A stretch of 64,000 nt of DNA. Source: a virus. This document shows, piece by piece, positions 37,857 through 47,475 of the stretch. The notes below the pieces were generated by a model. That model saw only the letters and a list, made by a program, of their open reading frames with translations, did no database searches and had not been told where the DNA came from. Position numbers and translations under genes: made by a program. How positions within the stretch are numbered: position 1 is the first letter of the stretch; each line of letters begins with the position of its first letter. The stretch covers positions 1 through 64,000 of the IMG/VR virus record IMGVR_UViG_3300043419_000898; one strand, 5' to 3'.

Positions 37857-39622
37857 TTGCCTTCACGCTCCCTCATGATGCGGTCACGTATCTTCTTGCT
37901 CCAAGAAGCACCAGCATCACCGCCCCACAAGTCCCAAGCAACTCTACCCTTTGACGGGAATCCATCTTCACCGCTATTGAAACCAGTTGCTTGTTTATCT
38001 ACTTCATGGCGACTGAAGAATGAGTACATGCGAAGCACTGTGCTATCCGATAAGTTCTCACCATTGACCAACTGGTTAGCACGTGTCAAACCTACGAGAG
38101 TGCCACCACCCTTGCCTTCTTTCTTCCATTGAAGAGCACGTCTGGCAGCGGACTGCATACCAGACGTGGGTTTATGACCGTCTGATTTGACTTCCTCCGC
38201 TACTATTTCTGTAGCCTTTTGTTCTGGCTGGTTTTCTGTAGGTGCGGGAACCGGTTGCGGTTCTGGCGTTGGTTGTTCTGGTGTTTCGGCTGGGATGGCG
38301 TTTGCTTCAACGCCCACTCCAGTCTGTGAGTTGATGCCTTCATCTTCACTTCGTGCAACCTCTCCAATCATCTTTCGGGCTTCAGCCTTGTCGATGATTC
38401 CAGCAGCATACAAGGTTGTTGCTCGCTGTACACGAAGGGTTTCGTCTTCTTGCAGGGCAGGTACTTCAGTGTTGTCAAATGCAACAATGTCGTCGTCTTG
38501 CAGGTCAGTGTATTCAGGCACCATAGCCATCGTGATTTGGGCACAGAGTTGTTCCTGTAGAGGAATCATTCCGTCTTCCCAAGCAGCACGACGTGCTTCA
38601 GCATAGTTGGAGTAAGTGTTACGCTCAAGTCCAGCACCAAGACCAAGAACCATACAGTTCAAGCCAAGTGCGGAAGCAATACGCTCTTCAGGCTTACGTC
38701 GAAGGTCATCCAGACTTAGTTCTGATGGAGAGAGCGACATACGGCTCACTGAGTAAGGAGCAGTTGATACGGCGATACCACCTGCATTGTCACCGCAGAA
38801 GTCTTCTTGCAGACGCTTCTTTAGAACACGTGCATCTTCTTCCATGATTTCAACCATCATGTCGCCAGAAGAAGGTCCAACCATCATCGATGGCATAGCG
38901 TTGTTCTTCAGAAGCGAATAACTAACAGTTGAACTCTGGTTATCAGCGGCTACTTCTTTTAGTACAGAGGCTATCGTAGAGCGTCCTACACGGATGTCGT
39001 TAGGGTCACGCAGATACCGCCAATGAATGATGTCTTCTGACGGGATGTCATACTGCACACCATCGACCATGTAGATGTATTCCTTGACGACAAGCTCAGG
39101 CTCGCCTTTAGGTGTAATCATGTCGCAAGGAAGAAATTGTAGGTAAACAACTTCACTACGTCGTCCACCCTTACGAACCTTACGTGCATAGGCGTTGCCT
39201 TGCAGTTTTAGGTCTTGTGTAATCCAACCATAGAATGTGTTTGCTGGTACGCCGGGACTTGGGTTTCGCAGAAGGTCAAGAAGTGGATGTGTATCAATGA
39301 TTTCAAACTTGTCAGACTTTGTGTCTTGGACGTTTCGTTGAATCACCAACTTGCCGACGTTCAGGTTGCGGATGTACCAGTCAAGACCGATGGCAATAAT
39401 AGAGTTAAGTCCAAGGTCACCGGCTTCTTTAGCCCAGTCCAACTTACTCGATGGCAGTTTAGTTGTGATGATGCTTTCAAGCCCACCATTGCCAGCACGT
39501 GCAACAGCACGAGTTCGGTTTCGTGGTTGTGGTGCTTCAGCATTAGGGCGAAGAGCAACTTTAACAGCATCTTGACCCGTCAGGGCTGACCAAGCGTCAG
39601 AGAAACGGCTTAACAAGCCCAT
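37853..39622 (-). CDS. Portal protein with C-terminal extra domain
   Basis: HPLLDLLRNPS, LQGNAY, IIHWR, IASALG, TYSNYAEA and AEAR portal motifs. Confidence 0.93.
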   Translation of the reverse strand: MGLLSRFSDAWSALTGQDAVKVALRPNAEAPQPRNRTRAVARAGNGGLESIITTKLPSSKLDWAKEAGDLGLNSIIAIGLDWYIRNLNVGKLVIQRNVQDTKSDKFEIIDTHPLLDLLRNPSPGVPANTFYGWITQDLKLQGNAYARKVRKGGRRSEVVYLQFLPCDMITPKGEPELVVKEYIYMVDGVQYDIPSEDIIHWRYLRDPNDIRVGRSTIASVLKEVAADNQSSTVSYSLLKNNAMPSMMVGPSSGDMMVEIMEEDARVLKKRLQEDFCGDNAGGIAVSTAPYSVSRMSLSPSELSLDDLRRKPEERIASALGLNCMVLGLGAGLERNTYSNYAEARRAAWEDGMIPLQEQLCAQITMAMVPEYTDLQDDDIVAFDNTEVPALQEDETLRVQRATTLYAAGIIDKAEARKMIGEVARSEDEGINSQTGVGVEANAIPAETPEQPTPEPQPVPAPTENQPEQKATEIVAEEVKSDGHKPTSGMQSAARRALQWKKEGKGGGTLVGLTRANQLVNGENLSDSTVLRMYSFFSRHEVDKQATGFNSGEDGFPSKGRVAWDLWGGDAGASWSKKIRDRIMREREGK

Positions 39623-39846
39623 CTATTGAATTCCTTCCGCATGAGTTCATCCGTCTTCGCCGACAAAAACTTTATACGCCGGGAAGCATCACGCATCTTC
39701 ACTATAATGGGTTTTGCTTCATCAGTCGTCAACTGTACACAATATCCACGATTACACAAATAGGTAAAGCAGTCAAACTTTACCAACTGACCATCAACAT
39801 TTGCTGTTAAATCATAGCCTTCTAGTTGTTTGTCATTTGCATTCAT
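39610..39846 (-). CDS. Hypothetical protein
   Basis: 78-aa ORF overlapping the portal start. Confidence 0.55.
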   Translation of the reverse strand: MNANDKQLEGYDLTANVDGQLVKFDCFTYLCNRGYCVQLTTDEAKPIIVKMRDASRRIKFLSAKTDELMRKEFNRWAC

Positions 39847-39898
39847 CTCGTTTTATCACCAGTGTCAACAGTACAGGTATTTGATTGTACAATGTCCC

Positions 39899-40153
39899 AT
39901 GCTGTTCTCATCATACAAACGACTTACACGGGTCAACGGCTTTCATAGGTTCTGGTATCTGAAGGCGGATGTTTGTACCTACGAAGGCATCTGCGTCAAC
40001 TGCGGTAGACGCATCACTGTCAACATCGACCTACATGATGACATCTACAAAACAGACGATGTTATGACCGCTATGACAGAGCACTGCCATAAGACAAAAA
40101 TAGATGGCTGGAATCGAAATGATATTTGGGATGATGTTGACAAAGTAGAATAG
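39899..40153 (+). CDS. Hypothetical protein with CxxC
   Basis: Start chosen 5 nt after a TACAAT box; CVNC motif. Confidence 0.55.
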   Translation: MLFSSYKRLTRVNGFHRFWYLKADVCTYEGICVNCGRRITVNIDLHDDIYKTDDVMTAMTEHCHKTKIDGWNRNDIWDDVDKVE

Positions 40154-40171
40154 TGGTAGTAACATAGGCAC

Positions 40172-40924
40172 ATGAACCCACGTGAAATGTCTATCAAAAT
40201 GTGGAAGGCAGTGATGTCCGACCTTGCACGTCTCTCCGGTATCGAGATGGATGAAATGGATGCGAAGGAGTACACCAACGCTCTTCGTCCACTCCAGCAA
40301 GCCATCATCAATCAGCGTCTCAGTGAGACAAAACAACCTTTGAATGACGAGAGTCCAGAAGTCTGGAAGTTGCGATACTGGATTCGAAATCAAAAGTATC
40401 GACCCAACTACGAAGAGGTTGCCAACAAAGTCTTAGATGTACTTGGTATGCCGAAGACTCACGGCGTACCGGGACACGTCATTGATGCACAGAAGGTTTA
40501 TCGTGCAGAGCCATTGCCTCCATCACGTCAGTTGTCCGACAAAAACTACGACTTGTTTAGTTGGACTGAAGAACTGAAGCCTTCGGGCGATGATAGCCGT
40601 GACGAGATTGTTGCAAAAATGCTCACGACAGTTGAGGGTATCTATGGCTCAGCAGAAGCAGTCAACGTAGCCAAGTCCATCAATGCCAACAACATGCTTA
40701 TCCGTGCTGAAGAAGAGGAAATGCTTCAAGCGGTTCTTGAGAAGATACCTGCTGAAGAGCGTGACACTTGGATTAACAAGGCTGGTGGCTTCGGAAACAA
40801 GAGGCACTTCGTCAAGTTAGGAGTCGCTCGTGAGGCACTTGCTCAGTACACAAAGTCAAATCGAACAGCGAACTCTGAACAAGGTATGGCGGTCTGGAGA
40901 AAACGCTGGGGAAAACCAGCATAG
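40172..40924 (+). CDS. Hypothetical protein
   Basis: 250-aa ORF with phage-like codon use. Confidence 0.75.
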   Translation: MNPREMSIKMWKAVMSDLARLSGIEMDEMDAKEYTNALRPLQQAIINQRLSETKQPLNDESPEVWKLRYWIRNQKYRPNYEEVANKVLDVLGMPKTHGVPGHVIDAQKVYRAEPLPPSRQLSDKNYDLFSWTEELKPSGDDSRDEIVAKMLTTVEGIYGSAEAVNVAKSINANNMLIRAEEEEMLQAVLEKIPAEERDTWINKAGGFGNKRHFVKLGVAREALAQYTKSNRTANSEQGMAVWRKRWGKPA

Positions 40925-40933
40925 GAGCGTGAG

Positions 40934-41290
40934 ATGTTTGAGCAAGTAACGTATTTAACTTTCGGTGTGACCGTAGCGTCATCTATCTTCATCGGTATGG
41001 TGCTTGGGTATCAACTTAAGTACATGGGTGAGCAGAAGTCAGATGACATAGTTCCTGCTGGGACAAAGGTTAGGTTCATGACACGAGCCGGTCACTACTC
41101 ATATGGAATTGTTCTTGAAGACTTTGTTGAGACAAAGAGTAAGTTCATCGTCGTTCGAAACGTAGAGTGGAAGATGAACGAGTCAAGTGTTGAGGCACAT
41201 GAAGGATACAGAATCTTCCCTATCCGTATCAAAGAAGGCGTGACACTACTCGGCACCGGTGAATGGACAACCGAAGACTACCTTGGTTAA
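40934..41290 (+). CDS. Hypothetical protein with N-terminal TM segment
   Basis: AGGAG RBS; hydrophobic N-terminus. Confidence 0.7.
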   Translation: MFEQVTYLTFGVTVASSIFIGMVLGYQLKYMGEQKSDDIVPAGTKVRFMTRAGHYSYGIVLEDFVETKSKFIVVRNVEWKMNESSVEAHEGYRIFPIRIKEGVTLLGTGEWTTEDYLG

Positions 41291-41879
41291 ACGACTCACC
41301 GTTGCAACAGAAGATGTAGATGTTGCATTACTTAAACAGCACCCAAGAAACGTCAATCAAGGCGACTTGGGTGCTGTCATTTCGTCTATCCAAACTAATG
41401 GCTTCTACGGTCGCCTAATCGTCAACAGGCGTAACAATCACGTCCTAGCGGGGAATCATCGTCTGATGGCGGCAAAGTCGCTACAGATGGAAACTGTGCC
41501 CGTAGAGTGGGTTGATGTTGATGAAGACGCAGAGATTCGCATCTTACTTGCAGACAACCGTACGACTAGGTTGGGTCTTGATGACAACGTCGCATTAACT
41601 GCCTTACTTGCCGAGTTGGCGAACACAGAAAAGCAGTTAGACGGTACAGGCTATGACTTTGACGACTTGAATAATTTCATATCAGACATAGCAAGAGAAG
41701 AACTTCAACTAACAACAGACACCTATGACAAACTAGTCCCACGGATAGCACATCAAGGTCAGACGTGGGAATTAGGCGACACGCTTTTAGTTGTTGGTTT
41801 CAATGAAGAAGACTGTGACCGATTGATAGTCACTTGGGAAAAACTAACTAAAGGAAAGGCAGTTCTGAAAGATGGATGA
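41259..41879 (+). CDS. ParB/Srx-domain protein with vestigial methyltransferase ends
   Basis: HPRNVN..VLAGNHRLMAA..LADNRT; paralog of the 6340 N-domain; C-terminal GQTWELG..CDRLIVTWEKLTKGKAVL. Confidence 0.85.
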   Translation: MNGQPKTTLVKRLTVATEDVDVALLKQHPRNVNQGDLGAVISSIQTNGFYGRLIVNRRNNHVLAGNHRLMAAKSLQMETVPVEWVDVDEDAEIRILLADNRTTRLGLDDNVALTALLAELANTEKQLDGTGYDFDDLNNFISDIAREELQLTTDTYDKLVPRIAHQGQTWELGDTLLVVGFNEEDCDRLIVTWEKLTKGKAVLKDG

Positions 41880-42450
41880 AGATGAAGTCACACCAATAGA
41901 CTTATCTGTTCCTGAGAGCCGAGACTCTATCAGGGAACAACTTACCGCTCCGCTATTTGACGAGTATCACGCCAGACGTAAAGCACTCGTCAGTAGTGCT
42001 AGACCAGATGGTCACGCATACGGCGGAAACCCACTCTCTATTGACGATGAAAAGATGAAGGTTATACTTGACGCTATCCTTGCAGGTGCTTCGCACTCAG
42101 TAGCGGCTCAGGTAGCAGGTGTGCCTGTAAGGCGATTGAAAGACTGGATTCAGCGTGGAGAGAGCGGTGACCTAAACGTACCTACGGAGCTTGTAGAGTT
42201 TGCACGTCGTGTACGCATGGCTGAGAGCCGTGGAGAGTTAGGTTTGATAGTTCGCATCCGTCGTGCTGCGGAAGAGAACTGGGGTGCTGCTGCGTGGCTT
42301 CTTGAACGCAGACATAGCAAGCGTTGGGGCAAGAAAACTCAAGTTGATGTGAGGCAGATGACAGATGAGCAAATTACAAGACTCCTTACGGCAGAAGCTG
42401 ATGGAGGAAGCGATACGGCGGGGCTTGAGGATTCCGGGGACGACGAGTGA
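41872..42450 (+). CDS. terS: Terminase small subunit
   Basis: HTH (AILAGAS..AAQVAGV..LKDWIQRG) and WGAAAWLLERRH; directly upstream of TerL. Confidence 0.75.
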   Translation: MDEDEVTPIDLSVPESRDSIREQLTAPLFDEYHARRKALVSSARPDGHAYGGNPLSIDDEKMKVILDAILAGASHSVAAQVAGVPVRRLKDWIQRGESGDLNVPTELVEFARRVRMAESRGELGLIVRIRRAAEENWGAAAWLLERRHSKRWGKKTQVDVRQMTDEQITRLLTAEADGGSDTAGLEDSGDDE

Positions 42451-43816
42451 TATCTACAACCCTTACAAGGATGGTGTTGAGAAAGGCTCGATGGAGTCCT
42501 TTCATGAGTATCTAAAACTTACACTCCCAAAGGGATGGACTGCTGAACCAGCACACATCAAACTCATCGCTGAGCATCTCGATGCAGTAGACCGTGGACA
42601 GATTGACCGTTTGGCAATCTCAATGCCCCCTAGACATGGCAAAACCGAGACCACTACTGTCCGTTACGGTGCATATGCGTTCGAAAGAAATCCTAGGGAC
42701 AACGTCCTTGTAACCGCATACAACGAACGTATTGCACGTCGTTTTAGCCGTAAGGCAAGAGCGATTGTGGAAGCAAGACGTCAACTCATGACTAGCAGTC
42801 GTGCTGCAGACGAATGGGGCATGCCAGAAGGCGGCACATTTATGAGCCGTGGTGTTGGTTCTCCTCCTACTGGTGTAGGTTTTAAGAGAATCATCATTGA
42901 CGACCCTATCCGCCGACGTGAGGACGCTGAAAGCGTAAACCTGCGTGAGAAGGCTTGGGACTGGTTCACTGACGATATCTATACTCGTTTGGAGCCGGGT
43001 GGGGCAATGATTATCGTTGCTACTCGATGGCATCACGACGACATCATCAGCCGTGCCATTGACTCTGAGGCTAACAAGTGGGTTGTTCTAAAACTCCCTG
43101 CAATCGCAGAAGAGGCTGACCAGTTAGGACGACAACCGGGTGAGTCACTTTGGCCAGAGCGTTACTCCGTGGAAGACTTGATGCGTATCAAAGCCGTCAT
43201 GCTTCAGAACGAAGGTGAGTACGGCTGGCAAGCGTTGTATCAACAGTCACCAACCCAGCGTTCTGGTGCGATGATACGCCAAGACCGAATCTCTGCATTC
43301 CAAGAACTACCACTTTCGGTGGGACGGTTCCGACGTGTTGTACGTGCTTGGGACTTGGCATCTACTCGTGGTGCTGGAGACTACACCGTTGGAGTCAAGG
43401 GTGCTCTTGATAACATCGGACGCTTCTGGATACTCGATGTAGTTATCGGTCAATTCGACGTTGATGAGCGTGACAACATCATCTACAGAACTGCTGAGAT
43501 GGATGGTAAGGATGTCACTATACGGCTTCCACAAGACCCAGCACAGGCAGGAAAGAGTCAAGCCAGATACTTACTCAGAATGCTTCATGGATACCGTGTA
43601 AGCATCCAAAGTCCATCTGGAAACAAGACGCTAAGGGCTGAACCGTTTGCGGCTCAGGTAAACAACTTTAACGTCAATATGATAGCCGCCGCATGGAATA
43701 CACCTGTTCTCGATGAGTTCAGACAATTTCCTATGGGGCGGCATGATGACATCGTTGATGCAGCAGTTGACTGCTATGACGAATGTACAAAAAAGAGGAC
43801 TATGTCTTTCGCTTAG
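42365..43816 (+). CDS. terL: Terminase large subunit
   Basis: MPPRHGKT (Walker A), IIIDDP (Walker B), ATRWHHDD, AWDLA and HDDIVDA. Confidence 0.96.
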   Translation: MSKLQDSLRQKLMEEAIRRGLRIPGTTSDIYNPYKDGVEKGSMESFHEYLKLTLPKGWTAEPAHIKLIAEHLDAVDRGQIDRLAISMPPRHGKTETTTVRYGAYAFERNPRDNVLVTAYNERIARRFSRKARAIVEARRQLMTSSRAADEWGMPEGGTFMSRGVGSPPTGVGFKRIIIDDPIRRREDAESVNLREKAWDWFTDDIYTRLEPGGAMIIVATRWHHDDIISRAIDSEANKWVVLKLPAIAEEADQLGRQPGESLWPERYSVEDLMRIKAVMLQNEGEYGWQALYQQSPTQRSGAMIRQDRISAFQELPLSVGRFRRVVRAWDLASTRGAGDYTVGVKGALDNIGRFWILDVVIGQFDVDERDNIIYRTAEMDGKDVTIRLPQDPAQAGKSQARYLLRMLHGYRVSIQSPSGNKTLRAEPFAAQVNNFNVNMIAAAWNTPVLDEFRQFPMGRHDDIVDAAVDCYDECTKKRTMSFA

Positions 43817-44022
43817 TAAGCGTTATCAGACAAGTACTTACGCAATGCATCTACGCACGATTCGGCTGTCACCTTGGTGTTTTGTTTCGTGCGTAGGTTT
43901 GTAATTAGGAAGTGGTCTTTCTTCTGATTCCAAGCAAGTCCTGCCTTGGCTGCATAACTGAACACAGATTTGTCATCCACAAACTGCAATAAATCCATTT
44001 CGGCAATGTTGCCTATCTTCAT
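43813..44022 (-). CDS. Hypothetical protein
   Basis: 69-aa coupled ORF. Confidence 0.6.
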   Translation of the reverse strand: MKIGNIAEMDLLQFVDDKSVFSYAAKAGLAWNQKKDHFLITNLRTKQNTKVTAESCVDALRKYLSDNAY

Positions 44023-44588
44023 TCAATCACCATTAATTCTTTGTTATTTGATGCATCTTCAGTCGGTGCATCGGACGCCCATTCCATCATATGTGCCGCC
44101 ATAGCGTCAATCTTTGCGATTGTGTTTGCATGGGCTACATTCCGCTTTGTCTCGTGCTTCTTCGGAGTGCTGATACCGTTCATCCATTTGTTGAGCACTG
44201 CAAGACGCCACGCTCCGACTAGTATAGGTTTTGACTTGTGCTCCTGAGCCGATAGGCAACTACGCCAATGGCTCCTGATAGGGTCTTCGTCAGCCTCACA
44301 AAGCAACTTCTCAGCAGTCTGGATGCACTGGGTCTCATTATCAACAGTAAGCCCAACGATAGTAAAAGAACCATCTTCAAAGTACATCAGTCCTGAATCT
44401 ATCAACTCGTATGCATGTTCTTTAGTGACCGCACACGTGAGCATGATTTCAAGCATCTTTTGCTTCGACACTTGACCAAGCGTTCGATTTGACCGTGACC
44501 AACATTCGGATGCAATCAAAAGGTATCGTGCAGAAGCACTAATACTTCCAAGCCGACTATCAGTGAACCAGCCATAAACTAATCTCAC
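44019..44588 (-). CDS. Hypothetical protein, possible replication initiator-like
   Basis: N-terminus WFTDSRLGSISASARYL..CWS..TLGQV..ELIDSGL resembles winged-helix replisome organiser N-domains (weak). Confidence 0.45.
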   Translation of the reverse strand: MRLVYGWFTDSRLGSISASARYLLIASECWSRSNRTLGQVSKQKMLEIMLTCAVTKEHAYELIDSGLMYFEDGSFTIVGLTVDNETQCIQTAEKLLCEADEDPIRSHWRSCLSAQEHKSKPILVGAWRLAVLNKWMNGISTPKKHETKRNVAHANTIAKIDAMAAHMMEWASDAPTEDASNNKELMVIE

Positions 44589-44971
44589 GTCTTCTTCCCA
44601 CCGTCGTAAGGTTTCGCTATCCCCTTATCTACTAGATACTGATTTAGCGTAGCCCCGTCCTTCCCATAGACTTTGGCTAAGATGCGACCATACTTATCAG
44701 GTTTGTCGCTTAGTGTTTCGAATGTAACATAGGTTATAGACTCTGTCAACTGCTTTTTTGAAATAGTGTTTTCTTTTAACCAGTCGGTCGTAACCTGTTT
44801 TGCGTACTTGCCTTCATCGGTCTTGATTTCAGGTGTGTCCAGTTCTGCAAGGCGGAGTTTCCGCTGCCCTAAAAGGACGTTAAATCCAAGGTCGATGTCA
44901 ACTTCGATAGTATCCCCGTCAACAACTCGTATAAGCCTTCCACGGTACGTGTAGAGGCTCACAGAGTCCAC
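44585..44971 (-). CDS. Thermonuclease (SNase family)
   Basis: RVVDGDTI, LRLAELDTPE, DKYGRILA and LNQYLVDKGIA. Confidence 0.93.
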   Translation of the reverse strand: MDSVSLYTYRGRLIRVVDGDTIEVDIDLGFNVLLGQRKLRLAELDTPEIKTDEGKYAKQVTTDWLKENTISKKQLTESITYVTFETLSDKPDKYGRILAKVYGKDGATLNQYLVDKGIAKPYDGGKKT

Positions 44972-45591
44972 TCCAATGCCTTAGCAGTAATAGGAAAATG
45001 CTTGATGAAAATCTCTTTGACTTGCTTGGCTAGTTCTTCGTGTTCACCCTGAGCATCCTTGTTTGCACGGGCTTCAATGTAGTGAATCCAAGAGCGGATG
45101 TTTCCATTTGCATAGATGTGTGTAGGTGCACAGATAGGCAGTACTGAACGAGCACATTCTTTGGCTACGCCTTGCTCAAGAAGATAGTCGTAGACTTCTT
45201 GTTGTTTTTCAAAGAGCTCGGCAATCTTTTCTTTGGCAATGTCTTTCTCGGCACAATCTTCCCAAGGATTACTCGCTTGACGATTCTTTGCGTCTTGGAG
45301 TCTTAGGTCTGGTAGTTCTATCTCTTCAGTAACCTTTGCATAACGCTGGCTGAACTCTTGGATTCGGATAGAACTATGTCTTGCAAACTGTGCTGAGATG
45401 TCACGGCGAGTATGTATGTCAAGACACATATTGCACATCTCAAAGATAGACCAATGCTTCTTTCGGATGCAGTAAGCAATCAGCCTGTCTGGTGGTGCAT
45501 TTTGGTTGTCTGGGTTCGACACACGTGCCATCTTGGCAATCTTTATCTCTGCGTCTGGTGTCAACCAAACAACGCTAACCGATGAACTCAT
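44959..45591 (-). CDS. thyX: Flavin-dependent thymidylate synthase
   Basis: HWSIFE, RHSSIRIQEFSQRY, AKECARSVLP, NIRSWIHYI and AQGEH. Confidence 0.95.
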   Translation of the reverse strand: MSSSVSVVWLTPDAEIKIAKMARVSNPDNQNAPPDRLIAYCIRKKHWSIFEMCNMCLDIHTRRDISAQFARHSSIRIQEFSQRYAKVTEEIELPDLRLQDAKNRQASNPWEDCAEKDIAKEKIAELFEKQQEVYDYLLEQGVAKECARSVLPICAPTHIYANGNIRSWIHYIEARANKDAQGEHEELAKQVKEIFIKHFPITAKALEWTL

Positions 45592-45826
45592 TTTCGTAGT
45601 ATTTCCTATGGACGTTATTCACGACGTTGGTTTTTTGCTTTGCGTCAAGACAGTACCAGTCAACTCCAAACATGGCAAACGACTCACGCTTGCATAGAAT
45701 TGTGAGCCGTTCGTCATTTGTAAGTGGAGAAGTGACTATATCGTAGTCACTTTTGCAGGTTTGTGTCCGATATGACCAAAGTGCTAAAAACTCTGATTCA
45801 CTGAGTGTCATTACTTTCAGACTCAA
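45575..45826 (-). CDS. Hypothetical protein
   Basis: 83-aa ORF in the operon. Confidence 0.55.
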   Translation of the reverse strand: MSLKVMTLSESEFLALWSYRTQTCKSDYDIVTSPLTNDERLTILCKRESFAMFGVDWYCLDAKQKTNVVNNVHRKYYENEFIG

Positions 45827-46316
45827 AAGGCGAGACTTTGATATCTAGATAATCACAAATACGCTTGGCTGCGTCATGCCACGTATAGCACACAGCCCAA
45901 GCGTATTCTGCTTCACATTCAGATAGGATTTCTTTGAAGTTCTTCTGTTCGTTTGTTAGACGATTTTTACCAGCCTTCATCTCTATCCACATTCCAAGGT
46001 ACACAAGTTCTCCATCTAAGAACTTAGGATGAGGAATGAAGATATCCCAGACTCCTGCCTTCTGACCTTCTCGTTTCATGTTTACCGCAGTGGTTTTACT
46101 GCGATACCCGCCATTCGGTACAGCAAAGATTCCTCTAAGCTTCGGATGGCGGGGTTCGTTGTACTTTATCCAGTTGAACAGGTTGACCTGTTCGTCATGC
46201 TCAGGATTCTGTCGCTTGGACTTTACGTGGACGACCCCTAGGTCTTCCAGTAGGGATATACGTCGCTTTCTTCTCAGGTCGGTCATTGACAGCCTCTTGC
46301 CATAGATTACGCTCAC
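45798..46316 (-). CDS. VRR-NUC domain nuclease
   Basis: EHDEQ, FAVPNGG, GQKAGVWD, IEMK..LTNEQ. Confidence 0.9.
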   Translation of the reverse strand: MSVIYGKRLSMTDLRRKRRISLLEDLGVVHVKSKRQNPEHDEQVNLFNWIKYNEPRHPKLRGIFAVPNGGYRSKTTAVNMKREGQKAGVWDIFIPHPKFLDGELVYLGMWIEMKAGKNRLTNEQKNFKEILSECEAEYAWAVCYTWHDAAKRICDYLDIKVSPFESESNDTQ

Positions 46317-46599
46317 TCATGAACCGCTTGAGCGACTCAATCGTTACGTAAGTGTATCTGTCTTTGCCTTCAGACTTCACAAACTCTAAACGACCCTTAC
46401 CGTTGAGTACATAAACACGTGCACGGCTGATACCAAGGATTTCTTGTGCAAGAGGCAGTGGGACAGAACCAAGGTCACGTCCCTGTTCAATACGAATATT
46501 TCCCTGCAACTTCATACGCTGAATGGCTCGCTCGATGGCTTGCTCAACTAACTCATCTGTGTATACATTAACCGGCAACTTCTTGCTCCTTACTATCAA
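46201..46599 (-). CDS. HTH DNA-binding protein with AT-hook
   Basis: AQEILGISRARVYVL HTH and TGRPRGRPRK. Confidence 0.7.
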   Translation of the reverse strand: MIVRSKKLPVNVYTDELVEQAIERAIQRMKLQGNIRIEQGRDLGSVPLPLAQEILGISRARVYVLNGKGRLEFVKSEGKDRYTYVTIESLKRFMSERNLWQEAVNDRPEKKATYIPTGRPRGRPRKVQATES

Positions 46600-47158
46600 T
46601 AATCAATGCTTCTAAAGCAACGATGGCTTTGTTCCAGCCCTCAGGACTTACATCCTTGGAACCAACTAACTTCTCAAACAACTCAGCACGTTCGGCTGTT
46701 GTGTGATTTTCGCCGAGATAAGCACGTGCCATGTCACCAAAGATTTTTGCAGGTGATGGCGCACTAGGTGCTTGAGCCTTTGGCTTAGGTTGGTTGATAG
46801 GTGCATCTACGATGCGTGGATTAGGCGAACTAACATCAACTTCATCGAACTCTGGTGCGAATTGCGTTCCATAACCCAAGATTCCGAGAGCACGTCCGAT
46901 AGAGCCAGTCTCAGCCTTTTCCATGTAGTCAGCAAAACCACGAGCGTCTTCCATCTTCGTGCCTTCGGCTACAACGATGCCATTCTCGTTTGCGATGATT
47001 GCCTTGAAAACTGCGTACTTTTGCTCAATATTCAGGTCAACAATCTGTGTCCGAATGCTCCAATCAGGATGCTCTTGACGGAACCAAACTAGACGCCACT
47101 TGACCTCCAAGTAGGCTTTACCCTTCAGATTCATCAAGTGGTCATTTGGATTAAACAT
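46568..47158 (-). CDS. Rad52/Sak-like single-strand annealing protein
   Basis: YLEVKWRLVWFR..EKAETGSIGRAL. Confidence 0.75.
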   Translation of the reverse strand: MFNPNDHLMNLKGKAYLEVKWRLVWFRQEHPDWSIRTQIVDLNIEQKYAVFKAIIANENGIVVAEGTKMEDARGFADYMEKAETGSIGRALGILGYGTQFAPEFDEVDVSSPNPRIVDAPINQPKPKAQAPSAPSPAKIFGDMARAYLGENHTTAERAELFEKLVGSKDVSPEGWNKAIVALEALIIDSKEQEVAG

Positions 47159-47299
47159 AACTTCCCTCCCTCAGTTGAGTTGACATATAGTATCTCCCTA
47201 ACTACGTTTTGTCAAGATTACAAAAAGATTTCTTTTTCTATAGACAGATTGAGAAAGTGGTGGTATCACGCACGTGCGCCTACGTCGTACGCGAATAGT

Positions 47300-47404
47300 T
47301 ACGTATAGATTTGCAATACGTTTCTGACTAAATCATTAGGTATTTGTTGTTTGTAATTACATAAACAACTACTACGTATAGATTTGCAATACGTATTGCA
47401 AATC
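47300..47404. repeat. 22-bp direct repeat plus 24-bp perfect palindrome (candidate origin/operator)
   Basis: TACGTATAGATTTGCAATACGT at 47300-47321 and 47373-47394; GATTTGCAAT-ACGT-ATTGCAAATC at 47381-47404. Confidence 0.8.
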
Positions 47405-47475
47405 CACGTGCGTACGGAAAATTACACTTGACATGTTGGCAATGATGGTTGTAACATGACGACCTGAGGTGAAAC

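Noticed and set aside
47300-47404. CRISPR mini-array
   Set aside because: Only two 22-bp copies, with a 51-bp spacer that itself contains a near-palindrome, and no cas genes. An origin or operator fits better.
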